DNA of 64,000 bases from assembly GCA_963764165.1 (NCBI GenBank), contig CAVXRD010000001.1, forward strand, positions 928,001 through 992,000. The letters are read 5' to 3'. Origin of the DNA: an uncultured Verrucomicrobiae bacterium. GTDB lineage: Bacteria > Verrucomicrobiota > Verrucomicrobiia > Limisphaerales > Palsa-1400. Below, piece after piece: positions 44,901 through 46,356 of the stretch. The notes below the pieces were generated by a model. That model made no database searches. It saw only the letters and a program-made list of their open reading frames with translations, and was not told the DNA's origin. Each line of letters opens with the position of its first letter. Within the stretch, counting starts at the first letter, position 1. The translations under genes and the position numbers were made by a program.

Positions 44901-45936
44901 TGCCCCAACGGCCGTCAGTTTTGCCTGGGGCACAACGACCAACCTGGAGCACACGAATCTGGTGACAACGTTGCCTGCCGAGTATGGCGGCTATTACATC
45001 AGCAACGCTCTTAGCGGACTGACTCCGGGGACATTGTATTTTTACACTGTCATAGCTTCCAATACCAACGGGACAGCCGTTGGGAGCATATTCACTTTTT
45101 CGACGCCATTCGCCCTGGCGCCAGTGGCCGGAACGTGGTTTCCCAGCAACGTGACGACGTCCTCGGCGATTCTCAATTGCCTGGTTTACCCGAAAGATGC
45201 CGTGACGACCGTTAGCTTTGCCTGGGGGCCAACTCCAAGCCTGGAATACACGAATCTGGCCACCACATTGCCAGCGGAACTTGGTGGTTATTTCGTCAGC
45301 AACTCGCTGGCCGGCCTGCTGCCTGGAACGATGTATTATTATTCCGTTGTGGCATCCAACGCCAATGGGATTGCGGTTGGAGACATGTTTGAATTTACGA
45401 CGGCTATTGCGCCAGTGGCGTCGACGTTATTTCCGAGCAATGTGACGGCGACGTCCGCCACCCTCGACAGTCTTGTCTATCCGAAAGATGCCCCAACGGC
45501 CGTCAGCTTTGCCTGGGGCACGACGACCAACTTGGGGCACACGAACCTGGTGACAACATTGCCAGCCGAGTATGGCGGCTATTACATCAGCAACGCTCTT
45601 AGCGGACTGACCCCGGGCACACTTTACTTTTATTCGGTGCTCGCATCCAACACGAATGGAACTGCGACTGGGAATATCATGGGCTTCACGACGATCGGTG
45701 GTTCCGTAACGTCCAGCCGCGGCAAGATTACTGAGGGGCAATTTTTCAATGGGGTCTTCTCAATTCAGTTCGTCGGAACGGTGGGTCACACCTACGTCAT
45801 CCAGGCCAGCACCAACCTGTCAGACTGGGCTCCAATTGGCACAAACACTCTGCTAGCAAATCCAATCTATTTCAGCGATCCCAATACCACGAACTCTGGG
45901 CTCCGCTTCTATCGCGTAGTGCCATATCTAAAATAG
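11965..45936 (+). CDS. giant secreted modular surface protein/adhesin, 11,323 aa
   Basis: Uninterrupted 33,972-nt ORF with Sec signal (…VLVLTALLAAWPAFA). Contains 11 'YVN...G.SW..A' beta-helix modules, most closed by DLAGNPR...DLGAYE and Ig-like spacers; two Gly-rich/autotransporter-strand cassettes; QTITF and TPVITW Ig-like repeats; two NHL propellers; FN3-like, LamG and FG-GAP regions; C-terminal YVIQASTNLSDW...RFYRV domain. Confidence 0.93.
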   Translation: MKTQNKYPSKRSIALVRAVARVLVLTALLAAWPAFALPVIYVNQHASAASAQTGVNWANAYKELRNALPAANAIAATNGQGVEIWVASGTYYPDVQSSQNRFATFNVGSKVTIRGGFAGSETSPTQRLPAFDQFGNPAFLTVLSGDIGQPMITQLSSTNTLSQFLNTPNFPYFTNAVGPGSLANDQDNCFNVVTLKNVAGVSLDSLVIYGGYAGNLMEDGTNVVSVNELESIGLWNSNSVTSPLYPLTNIVAGGGILLTFPPSNIHRPASEIALTMTNCAVWGNYSAGYGGGMCVYGGNIILRNCQFEYNVAGMDGGAIWDASVHSEIDLCTFERNVATESGGAIGYITFDFPFTVANAEQEVSTNSTLVSQQVESIVHTVTRGLGVTKTAMGELGLTEELQNGVSAAYTSLKAWWPSGSGGIEGANASLAGIRDLQDAAATPTGPSSQEIADLWIRNFGSSTTSEAAAAEIAEDAAADAEDDIPIGKLFDLTDGADLPFAVINLGTDIAILAGDTNGIGGEIALALNSSTSQILFLASPLSWIISAVEAEISDIESLAVDAPPEDLKSTYKKAQLGQYNAAPASLLNGCVFSNNTANLDGGAFSEAYKNVQAQGCWFGNNDGGVSGGAISCGDWCLAYIADSAFYGNSSENGYSAVLNWGNSRTYLYNSTLVGNGSPNTNYATAIGNQTGSDVKVINCVLWGNTNAVNRTGGADITTITRALLPPSSQAAYDSMGSAQGDLVATCDVFNSDVQNVGPLGTKIYDVVTEQPASIGQSLLNVLDFSFGGEQEPTITATAVSLPAPTYEQFQFEPLSVSTDVYDAINNIYQDVIWWDFAGLAETVGFVNIGEGTVTWPYEGATVEPGDYNNNPQLGGFEGIDPKSSSPISAGYDYPLEIYGQFLWSAYAESSLPSFNVARENDPAMDAFDSYNEYDIHGLRREGSIGASDPLATSTASENGISPLAAPLELGLIGNGSGPVLFVNASATGNGSGSSWANAVTSFSQAVQTLLPTGAQIWVAGGNYAANGVTVAASTVIYGGFAGTESNLTGRVLGAHPTVVHGNGSGAVLILNGAVMIDGLNITGGGYSDEYNGGGGVYSSDSIDLATFSNCVFSNNTANEGGAMYLMGPALIANCSFLNNSASYEGGALMLEDYTNYSGDVRLYDCVFAGNSAAYGGGVLIRGPDVNTGVEFHVVNDTFYNNRSTSSTPYRSASQPGGGGLLFDDSETGFLTVQNCIFWQNSAPGGANIEWQQLEAAPYTLYESYSPIEYGYRQFAVGSSLIEGMGVYSSPQPFDENDIGYPNYPAYLAASNALSLDPLFANPAANNFNLTAGSPALGAGIGSGLPAGFPYSDLAGNPREIGSRLDLGAYEYQGAVNPYGVEVTAYQGCGGGLGNATMQATWNMNTAVSGLQWQVYYPGATGWSNVSGQYYTGINSSNLNITGLPPSLNGTFYRLVANSPPGFASSPVAIAFSPIIYVNSRQGYAGNGTSWNNAFVDIQSALDVSTGCQQIWVAGGIYNGDLFIGNNQSVGLIGGFAGNETSLAQRNWRANPTILSGQGAGNANPLVEMEGSAVMDGFILTGSTSYSVVDCYGNTPSLQNCNITNNQGTAAMFNNCVSASVVNCMVQSNGGGGLSSSGPLSVVNSLIVNNNSAFLAAINAYSQLSVIGCTIAGNQGYTCGGIETINAAVTIKNSILWQNTANPIYATPSLMELSAQGSSLSIANTIIENWNGGGALPFDPLFVSSATNFQLTAHSPAIGAGNPSEIDGQATDLAGNPRVSFRNNTTQVDLGAYEYAGAASSPVALYGSPKSITSCTTANPISFTVAASNSLDSVTWLVNEGHGFATATAGATFQLTQSSGVTNTATLTIPTPLQSMNGWQFEAQIGSYTTLPAILNFVPPTVIYVNQSAPGANNGTSWNDAYTSLASAVAEANGCSQIWVAGGIYSNPGGASYSLPEGAGLYGGFAGYEDALNERSPNNSPTILTTDNSDDIISLGQYAKLTPATVVDGFTFQLNTGVGIGNYSGAATVRNCSFEGPTIFAIYNVDYSGSITGSTFSNVQGVAIQSEFSSPVIASNTFLNCSSSANFPLLYGEDSVQSVAACSFVRNTTACVGSENGGGVTLTRSSFLSNNAPSGAVYLTGGSVASTISDCLFVANSNAFRGSAIQDYNNNTTVVNCTFADNVTAYGGALYFSEGGAVIANSILWSNTATLASAYFVLPEVQQVQVAAGTIIVSNTDVEGLNKFNGSGNMGYNPQFNFPPYDFSLSTNSPLINAGSLNFASAAGAVDLAGANRTARGAIDMGAYEFQGTPATPVYSTGIPGLVSLCSGRANTLSVPLTANLTNGFVWQLWSPTGDVTELGDANSSAPGYSIAVGNNQTSITFQPSESLIGSSFVALEADGSNAVVTIAGLQDPEIIYVNSAAAGANTGTSWTDAFTSLQPALNQASCSDIWVAGGPYVASTFTVNNDVHVYGGFAGGETNVSQRNWQINTTTLQGSGNDFTIQTFGSPLFDGFTIASSAATHSAVFLYGGSPTLQNCVFQNVTGGAIQTEGASAQIVACQFRGNSAQNNSAGGAIDNSFHSIMLVDQCIFTGNNAISGGAVFNDNTSAITLLNCLFTSNNATDGGAIYNLGQATAINCTLYGNTAERGGAWEQYSSGSAPASATIINSILWNNAATGYGIVSYSLEDSEADGTNIAISYSTVQGITPGYANLSTDPLFANPSTGNFALSPWSPAIGRGEPWPGLNWTNYLSVDLNGTPRSPTSDDQGAYVAAGHSNTLNFDSPLTSAAGCVGGSAIFGISYPPGSGYNIAWLVNTGSGFASVASVFPGGGYTISNGLGGSSLSFEALPLALNGMQVEFQVGSASYTSPPATLTVSSPTVIYVNAAATGANNGTSWTDAYTNLISTLSSAPSCTAIWVAGGNYVPSGSQQTFVLQPDQQIYGGFAGNETNVNERVFGMHPTLLGNLLIEATDSSIDGNSRLDGLCFTNYGGNATLVYLSGCGPVVANSVFTGGNFEVDAASSTATFTNCSFLNNGSDSCIFTFGSTNVEPTIEGCQFIGNLTGIYAEGPVSVAGCLFESNLNTAVIGQSGRIAGSSFIGNIADSYAVASGVLLQGTSKISSCLFAWNSGANAPVYVEGGQVVNCTFVHNEGWVGAADGTCNLANCLVWKNSGQYGNFYGSVNVSQSQVDSYYPYFVNDAGGNWQLTSNSPALRAGGVGNVIDTVDLAGNPRTTGGQVDLGAYEYTNAQVAPAFIAGLPASVTICSENGTGLQGGASISVAGAAGYTYTWQQVGGGVVTNNADVTISSSANASVLFFPDPGIQLNGASFQVTAQTPYGSVAVPGTATLTVLPRQIIYVNASNIISGDGSSWANAYTSLTPALAEAGNNPCSEVWVAAGVYKPQSLGVPNGIPILGGFAGWETSNLQRNWTNNVTVLGGSGGPLTQYTSDSFGLTYSSGTGGPLLENVSVLDGFTVSNCSGAALLLSLSTPPVIANCTFVQNTGTADPNSDAALISFVTDETVVVTNCVFQNNQNILLRMAISLVANNVNQLVDVTGCLFESNSVTPVVMLDAGRLLLEGCRFLTNQTADTGTIYTGYGTTALDRCILAGNAGQDLNYTGGGAALECDYGTVTIKNSLLVGNSGRFCGAIENSMSTVVVENCDVVQNTGNYSCGGIFNGAGGTLTLANSIFWNNSAIQDGGTLAEQQIYNSQSIQEYYNLGNLINCCVQGLPEYYIGGYFYDPLFVNPSAGNYHLQSVSPYLNSGNNTYASSLDLDGNARIAGGTVDLGCYEFAGTAGAPEQIFQQPVSQTVCAGNPANFAYLYQSGTVQWYWNNGSGFQPVVNSASQYVQASTVTLPNGTVGGGPLTALSSTLIVTNTSTDFNGYQYMAVLDNYTNPVSVLTVNPRSVIYVNSNSRGANSGADWLDAFTNLDEALGMAGGCEQVWVAQGTYIPSTSFVLQQGVEVYGGFAGTETNLAQRDWTNYPAHLLGNGSYALVDNAQNGLNAATLLDGFTLTGAGSFPAVINYQSSPAFANCSFVNNSNAGFGQAIVENQSGSPVFNNCLFASNSQLCVYNFTASPAFNGCQFIGNQNSNGVGTVESFGDTSHLLQSGPQFIGCKFIGNSAQQAGAIFNDNGVCQAVNCVFSNNTCGNIGEGGALVNSQSGGLSVFGVTNCLFVSNSAYTGGATGNDGGLLYLVNCTVTRNTAAQAPAGLFDRQTGGGTFCLNSIVWQNLASGVESTPSEMTDSVFSSNSCIEGIAPAGYSVGGGVIQYDPLFVNPATGNWQLSPNSPAIAAGNPQLDGSVSTDLAGNPRVVNGTVDLGAYELGLPRSASPLELVSGPESQTICAGESAIFTATGNAGVNYTWEYNIGSGWNSLSSGGSQTLATTSTSTTLTVSNAPQSLNGIQYRLNVSTATATNQFYATLTVTPSGVIYVNAAAGAGGNGTSWAQAYNNLAVALQNVAACDSIIWVAHGTYASSNLNVQPGVSLYGGFVGTETNLTQRQWQANPSVLSGGIAFLGDAPLPGSSPTILDGFYAEGGTVGVSISGAYPPTLATVSVQNCVIANNSQYGVTISEPAASGSVVQNCLIESNGLAGAFLWNCSATVLNCVITANGNATTLGGGVVLYGVDNGTLLSSAQPTVENCLIHGNFAQQGGGMYAYSSVSSFVEPTIVNCVIESNLAGAGSALYSQNSYVSVINDTIVNNTGTAPYPGYGAAISGAALNPDSVLITIENSILWNNLAAGTNGVAAEYFAPLQNIVEYLVYNSDVEGYPASAGSGNLGADPLFVDSATNLQLSASSPLLGAGNASDIAGYALDAAGAPRLINNRADLGAYEFQGTPSSAVTVSQYPVSTIYSPCSSTLTVVASGNALTYQWQVNTGAGFVNIPGATSSSFTASPAPANGTQYRCLIASAGGSASPTTAATMTVYPLVWYVNAASPGGDGTSWATAFTTLEQALANPLLQHCGEQIWVAAGIYQPTNNPYNSYIPLSLLEGVTLYGGFSGTETNLSQRNWIAHQTILDGSKLEASSAIINNLSSMDGSASVDGFVFQNAQTGVENNTGANPTVANCTFLTSIEQPLYNYQNSALITNCVFNGCGEAYNQDSSSKYVGCTFENTTNSAILFFNDAGVGAQGTIARCQFVNNTGGCVSVNASVLISDSLFTGNYGNSREVIFVDQATLRLVNCTFTGNSGANAAFLIGEEQASIGIYNSIFWNNYCGLTQDSSERGMFGYPGYTFTQVAEAANNDIQSPSLQFNGNGNVSLDPIFQMPLPPLTSEGPIAASGDFHLTADSPLLAAGAVGQVADSVDFDGMPREVNGSVAMGAYEYQGGQGSPVVITQQPESFVYCSSATNYFEIGISGAEVNYQWQVNQNNGLGFASISAATNAVLPIVNATIAENGWQYRCLVSAAGGELYSSTASLTIYPNRLYVNATSAGGDGLSWATAFNTLHQALNAPVDPCSENQVWLAAGTYSDVNLAETELQIVGGFAGTETNAAQRTFTSAPTIITSTLYYNGSLVDGVTFNGAVLDCVSDTTVTNCAFVNGTGGGGWSSVMLNWEAYTGQEAGQGSVVVNCRFTNDAYGVFAGLNATVSNCWFVGQRDEAISGPPYNSFNSSSSVVINHCSFISNLDTCLAFDSQGYIGQNISILHSVFEYNNSWPVFSAADNIAMKDSLVANNGNGIYLQYGSGSFTGCTIVGNQGEGVNANYAALNLTNTVLWGNSQGGYFSVSGYPLTFDHCWVQGSASDPVFAGVGNYTLSPCSPLIGAGDVSAANGDPLDLAGNPRTYNGSVDIGAYQFEGVQAAAFSIAAQPSNQLGDSANAVEFTVQTSRAAGAYQWQEAGPGGAFTNLVDGGVYLGSQTATLTVTNASPSMNGSQFQCVVASPEGCTLVSSVAELVYGIPLAAALEAPTGVTVNFSGAAPWFGETNVTHDGLVAAQSGGGLRNGQESTMTAEVQGPATVSFWWYLSSYGRLQFTVDNSSIAAIDNEVGPWQQVTFQIASGSHQLQWNFEEYQTGLGVDAAWVSQLTVVGNPGVSALPALTVVPQGASQTYSVTTTGNAPFTYQWYFDGSQIGGATSSTYSVSSVQPSNAGTYSVVVGNVLGSVDASNAVLAVTGPLSAALANSANTWLTGGDAPWFAETNVTYGTNAYAAQSGSIGANQQSWMQTTISGPGTLSFLWQVSSLTNHGLLEFSINGVSTNQLTGQAPWQGYTNHFDAGTYTFRWTYLQDGQVSAATNAGWVDQAAFALDASVSFAVTNNADSGPGTLRQAILDANATPVFSVIDATSITGAINLQSMLPIITNAISLKGPGSSSLTINGGGTNRIFFVDAPNLSVTFSGVTLSNGLARGGNGGDSGGGGGMGAGGALFVNGGAITVSSVSFLNNAAQGGVGSSSQNNSFGSAGGGGGMGGNGGGGQFGSGGGGGLLGNGGIGGEGGGGGGGGGLYANGGNGDSQQTGGGGGGGLTAGSNADSTQDSGGLGGIDGGMGASVSEIYTNGGDIVVATNAAPGEAFGGGGGGAGGLWGTQGGGVIYAPTAATAGANGGKYGGGGGESGSLQNNRTGGGGNGGDFGGGGGQSGDASGNGTGQGGFGGGGGGGGNGYTGRTELAGNGGFGGGGGGGGSYGGDGGYPGPYGGGSGISEFGDVGPGGGGAALGGAVFVRANIGTSIHIIDSVADNGSVTGGAGGIAGYAPNSAGAGQADGSAFFLLGGTNEITVDQGSNCIVAGSIGGWSGSPGVLIKDGLGSVTLSGNNSFHGTLNINAGTAQLLGYNTNLVVSVAAGSALAGNGTVNNLTMAAQSTLAVGAAIGKFTAGNATWTGAGNYNWKLHDANGTAGIGYDELNFSGTLDVSEASGFNINLETVASAITNSAGTAVNFNNLTPNSWTLVDAAGGIIGFNAANFNTQTNASDGSGSFVNNIGSGQFNLSLSADNTRLQLNFKAGQIITLGTQTAHYYGQSAFSPGATSSSGLAVQYTVVSGPASVANNLVTITGVGVVTVQASQAGNANYTPAQPVPIIFNAAQGTPIVSWASPSSVVYGSALSGTQLNASANVPGSMVYTPPLGTILNAGTNTLNVAFTPADTVDYASVSTNVSLVVSPATQTINFSLTNTGYGAPPITLAATASSGLPVAYSIVSGPATVFESTLTIDGAGAVAVKASQIGSANFNPASSTSSFTVARAPLTVNISSTTNVYGTTNIIYSGTLTGVTNNDNISMTLIGTNSPAPSSVPDAFSGYLVGYTGYNVYPLQLACDAAGNVYAEYEVVQGAGSFSFQISEFNPQGGYIQTIASVDEQEYSGLAVDAGNVVYVAQNWPSSAIHKYSANGTSLGSWANNLQFPLGVAADHFGHVYVADNNALQFDTTGNFLGTVGSTGNGPGQYGQVRNIAVDANGNVYVLAPNEVLVYDINRNWLRTFGSGIFTLPDCVVVDIYGNVYVSDSEANTVYKFSPEGNLLTSIGGVGSGNGELDGPSGLAIGTNDALYVADEFNARIDTFTPALTNVYAGTPPGVYPIIPLFTDPNNRLPNYLVTTNAGTLTVTQAVQTITFAAISTHTFGDAPITLQATSDYTNGLNFVFTVISGPATISGDTLTLSGAGSVTVQVELGSDGDYAAPAPVQQTFVVNKATPVLTWGNPGPITYGTALGGTQLNATANTSGNIVYSPSGGTVLGAGNYLLNAAFTPVDTNDYNSISVSVPLTVSQATQGIVFNSLANQIYGVAPITLSASASSGLPVTFSLVSGPASLSGSILTITGAGTVTVQASQGGDSDYAAAASVSQSFNVSPQTPVITWAPLANIGYLTGLSAIQLGATANVPGVMAYNQTPGTVLNAGTYQIVATFTPTDATNYTTTSETNTLVVNRLTPVLTWGLLAGITYPTALGASQLDASANVPGSFIYNKTNGTILGVGTYALIASFTPADTTNYTLASATNTLIVSQGTPVITWNALTDISYPAAVGAAQLNATANVSGVINYSLNSGTVLNAGTYSLIATLAPADSADYAAVTATNSLTVQKGAQSITFASLQDVNYGPSPLTVSASASSGLLVSFAVTAGPASVTGNSLSLQGAGTVTVEASQAGNTNYNAASSVSRSFNVSTANPFIEWTNPAAMVYGAPLNTNQLNASTSVAGSFAYLPTNGTVLNDGTNVLSSVFAPANSAQYNAVTTTVEIVVLPATSGLAWATPSPINYGTALDSNQLNATASVAGTFIYTPGAGAILDAGLSGLSVTFTPDNTNYLSASATVDLMVNEDSQPIQFSKIGDQVYGAGPITMSASAPSGLPITFAVISGPATNAGALLYLTNVGQVTVSASQAGDLDYAAGATNQSFSVKPATLTVVASNATRVYGQPNPAFTGSLTGIVPGDNITASFEAVVPAEPTVAPVHAFNFGNGNLQTPEFLAISPNGRIYVSDQEVNDNTKVKIFSSAGQFVSQFALNMPDGGYDPIAQGVACDAQGCIYVAGEYYTGNGFANPVIQKFDSNGLYLAQFPALSTYPNAGLALAGTNLFYTSSSSGISAIFEYDLNGNFIQQFGSTGFGPGQFYIPADVAVDSVGNVYGVDTYDNRVEEFNSSAAYVNQWSVGYGNYSGYPLQYGIAAGPDGYIYVAQGESNTVYKFDANGSPLASFGAFNMPEGIRMDSSSNLYVIDAGNAQIQVFTPAPPTLVDELSPAGTYAIVPILSDPNNRLSNYTTNVTDGVLTIMPASQTLAFAPVPNQTYGVPPVTLQATSATPNSGQPIVYSVVSGPATINGDVLTLTGPGEVTIEADQAGNNNYKTAASVTQSFTSYSPVLDHFVISPLAAQLTGAPASFSVTALNASNQVITVFQGMVNFASTDPLATLPAPYTYTIADQGAHMFNVTFGTAGTEVLTVQSGNVTNSINVPVITLTTVTNANDSGSGSFRQAIINANAGLGVVDATQIAGTIALQSALPLITNAITINGPGDGGLVLSGGGQNRVFFVDAGTNAVNINNLTISNAFARGGDGGVGSGGGGAGLGGGMFVNSGNVVISNVVFVSNSVAGGSGGAFGPLYQAGGGGGLGGNGGNGDDESGGGGGGGFGGNGGDSYTTYGAGGGGGGLIGNGGEAVNGGGGGGGGLTDGENGGAPDYGLAGVDGGNAGQFQQPGQNGFLYGGGGGAGAGEGVGESGGAGGAYGGGGGGYWTAPGGEGGDFGGGGGNGGAGGFGGGGGGGAIIGPGTGGFGGGGGGIVTYYGAGSVAFGGAAGTGADTSYDASDWKGPGGGGGAALGANLFVRGNNGASVTIANCQTHAGSLLAGPGGEGGDNNDGQPGSTDGTTLFALGNGTVIQVDDGTNRIDGSIGGWAGSPAVLTKTGAGTLQLTASSDYPGTTYVAQGTLEVDGSIANSQVLVTNAATFTGAGTAGALTTYSGATLAAGPGMATLTVGDTSWQGAGTFRWKIHDALGESGSSYDLLNVNGTLDVSQASGFIIDVASFSDAAATESGSASNFNNQVNQSWILAQTTGGITGFNPSNFVLASADFSNPLGGGSFSLDVAGTNLVLTFTPMPKAPEIVATTGIVNGDGSITLSAAAIPDGAATAVYFEYGRSTAYGMTTSTNAIGDGWLEITNAELISNLPPATPWHFRAVAANRLGTNFGADQQFVSAPVLASVDTRPATGLTGQSAILNAVVNPNNSDTEVYFIWVNGSGVENLTAAMDIGAGTNPVPVSATLTGLPYASTNSFKIVAINDAGTNMGDDVTFVTGAGAPSVVTLPNFKSPRQFAGTVNPNGADTAAWFEFGATTAYGSYTEPSDLGAGTGNSSFYDYPNNLTPNATYHVQLVASNSFGLVLGGDVLYTIPPSAPNAQTLLASNITSSSAVLEGAANPSNSSSVAWFQFGATTNYGNASPSVNIGAGSASTPMSFTLSGLTPGWPVHYQLVASNGAGVSFGNDVNIVPPSDAPVVVTLPAENIQAMGATLEGTITPNGVPLSTHYEIGTSTAYGMSSATNQIPGFLGALTFDGTDQYASVAQPSVPTGNSSYTIEAWIQPNVMDYQGIIAWGDYGSYNGVNELTLTPDGIDNDWGGNDFSVNTPSLTGAWHHVAVTYDGSSLEMYLDGALVQSEIPSGALAVDNTNLALGFANGDFFNGSLAEVSVWNAALDQTTISNWMLSSISLSHPFFTNLAAYWPMNEVSGGIVNDDSGNGNAATLQTTPQWTNFTESLPMPVTGLLGGTTYHFQLVAGTNLGGDASFTTITPALPIAITFPATISDSGKSGQDETLYGLAVSGGADTLVYFQYGPNTNYGSATAAQDAGSSLSTTNSISATLPYTAGQHYRLVASNAVGVAYGNDLTVDLPPSQSSQANLPASANWFAWADTDGDGHLDIVYDEGFLGALHNNGNGSFSSPITYGSSLTFGSAAVADFNNDNLLDVFFTGSFRLSKFGSTLMEQIWQNRGSSGLSPLNNTGLPYNDGQALAADFDNDGKEDILLLAASGGSSIQLWHNNGNGTFSYINSGLPSLSYAAAAVGDFDKDGSLDVVLSGLDVDGNPVCEIWHNLGNGTFTNIHATLPALYRGGLAVADFDNDGYPDVLITGLEANNNATGGIWRNLGNGSFTNYAAIPGMFGGQVAVGDFNNDGLLDILISGDDSGFNPQLQLLLNLGQGNFTPFPTGLPLLNSPILAFGDYNNNGLLDVLIAGYQGGNSVVQLWNNNCSVSNTPPTEPSNLSIAFGGGEAVLSWSAASDAQTPAAALTYNVRVGSTPGGCDIISPESLPSGRRLLPAPGNAQERLFMVLADLPPAQTYYWSVQAVDGAFAGSPFATEQTFVTPIPPVASTLYASNVTATSATLNSLVYPKDAPTTISFAWGTSTNLEHTNLVTTLPAEYGGYYISNALTGLTPGTLYFYAVIASNASGTSVGSIFTFSTPFALPPVAGTWFPSNVTTSSAILNCLVYPKDAATTVRFAWGPTPSLQYTNLAATLPAELGGYFVSNSLAGLLPGTMYYYSVVASNANGIAVGDIFNFTTAVAPVASTLYASNVTATSATLNSLVYPKNAPTAVSFAWGTTTNLEHTNLVTTLPAEYGGYYISNALSGLTPGTLYFYTVIASNTNGTAVGSIFTFSTPFALAPVAGTWFPSNVTTSSAILNCLVYPKDAVTTVSFAWGPTPSLEYTNLATTLPAELGGYFVSNSLAGLLPGTMYYYSVVASNANGIAVGDMFEFTTAIAPVASTLFPSNVTATSATLDSLVYPKDAPTAVSFAWGTTTNLGHTNLVTTLPAEYGGYYISNALSGLTPGTLYFYSVLASNTNGTATGNIMGFTTIGGSVTSSRGKITEGQFFNGVFSIQFVGTVGHTYVIQASTNLSDWAPIGTNTLLANPIYFSDPNTTNSGLRFYRVVPYLK
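44239..45690 (+). repeat. intragenic tandem repeat A-B-A-B-A, 588-bp period (FN3-like units)
   Basis: GTGGCGTCGAC recurs at 44239, 44827 and 45415; A and B units are each near-identical between copies at DNA and protein level. Confidence 0.93.
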
Positions 45937-46202
45937 TCTGACGCCACCATGGATCGCCGAGCTTAATGCCGACGGCTCACGATCAGCCCTGAGGAGCTTC
46001 GCCGCGAGCGGGGACGGGCAGCCTTTTGTGAATTCACCGGATCCGCATGCGCACAATCCATCCCCATTGGTCGAGAAACACGTTGATTTTTCGAGGTGCC
46101 AAGGTGCCAGCGAGAGTTTCTGATTCGATCAACTCGTGCTTGCGGTTTTTTGAAGAATGTTACGCAAGTGGCTTATTTGAAGCACCTTCCACCGAAGAAG
46201 GA

Positions 46203-46279
46203 TGGTCGGGGCGGTGAGATTTGAACTCACGACCTTCTGAACCCCATTCAGACGCGCTACCAAGCTACGCTACGCCCCG
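46203..46279 (-). tRNA. tRNA-Pro (anticodon GGG)
   Basis: Reverse complement reads CGGGGCG...TCTGA-ATGGGGT-TCAGA...GTGAG-TTCAAAT-CTCAC-CGCCCCG-A-CCA; full cloverleaf with encoded CCA. Confidence 0.95.
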
Positions 46280-46356
46280 ACTCGGCGGACAACCATTCTC
46301 GCAAACCCCCGCCCGCCTTTCAATATCTTTTATTCGATGGCATCCTCTTCTGTCAA

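Noticed and set aside
44239..45690. Possible CRISPR or non-coding repeat array
   Set aside because: Units are ~294/588 bp, in-frame and lack unique spacers; no cas genes or CRISPR array seen in the window.
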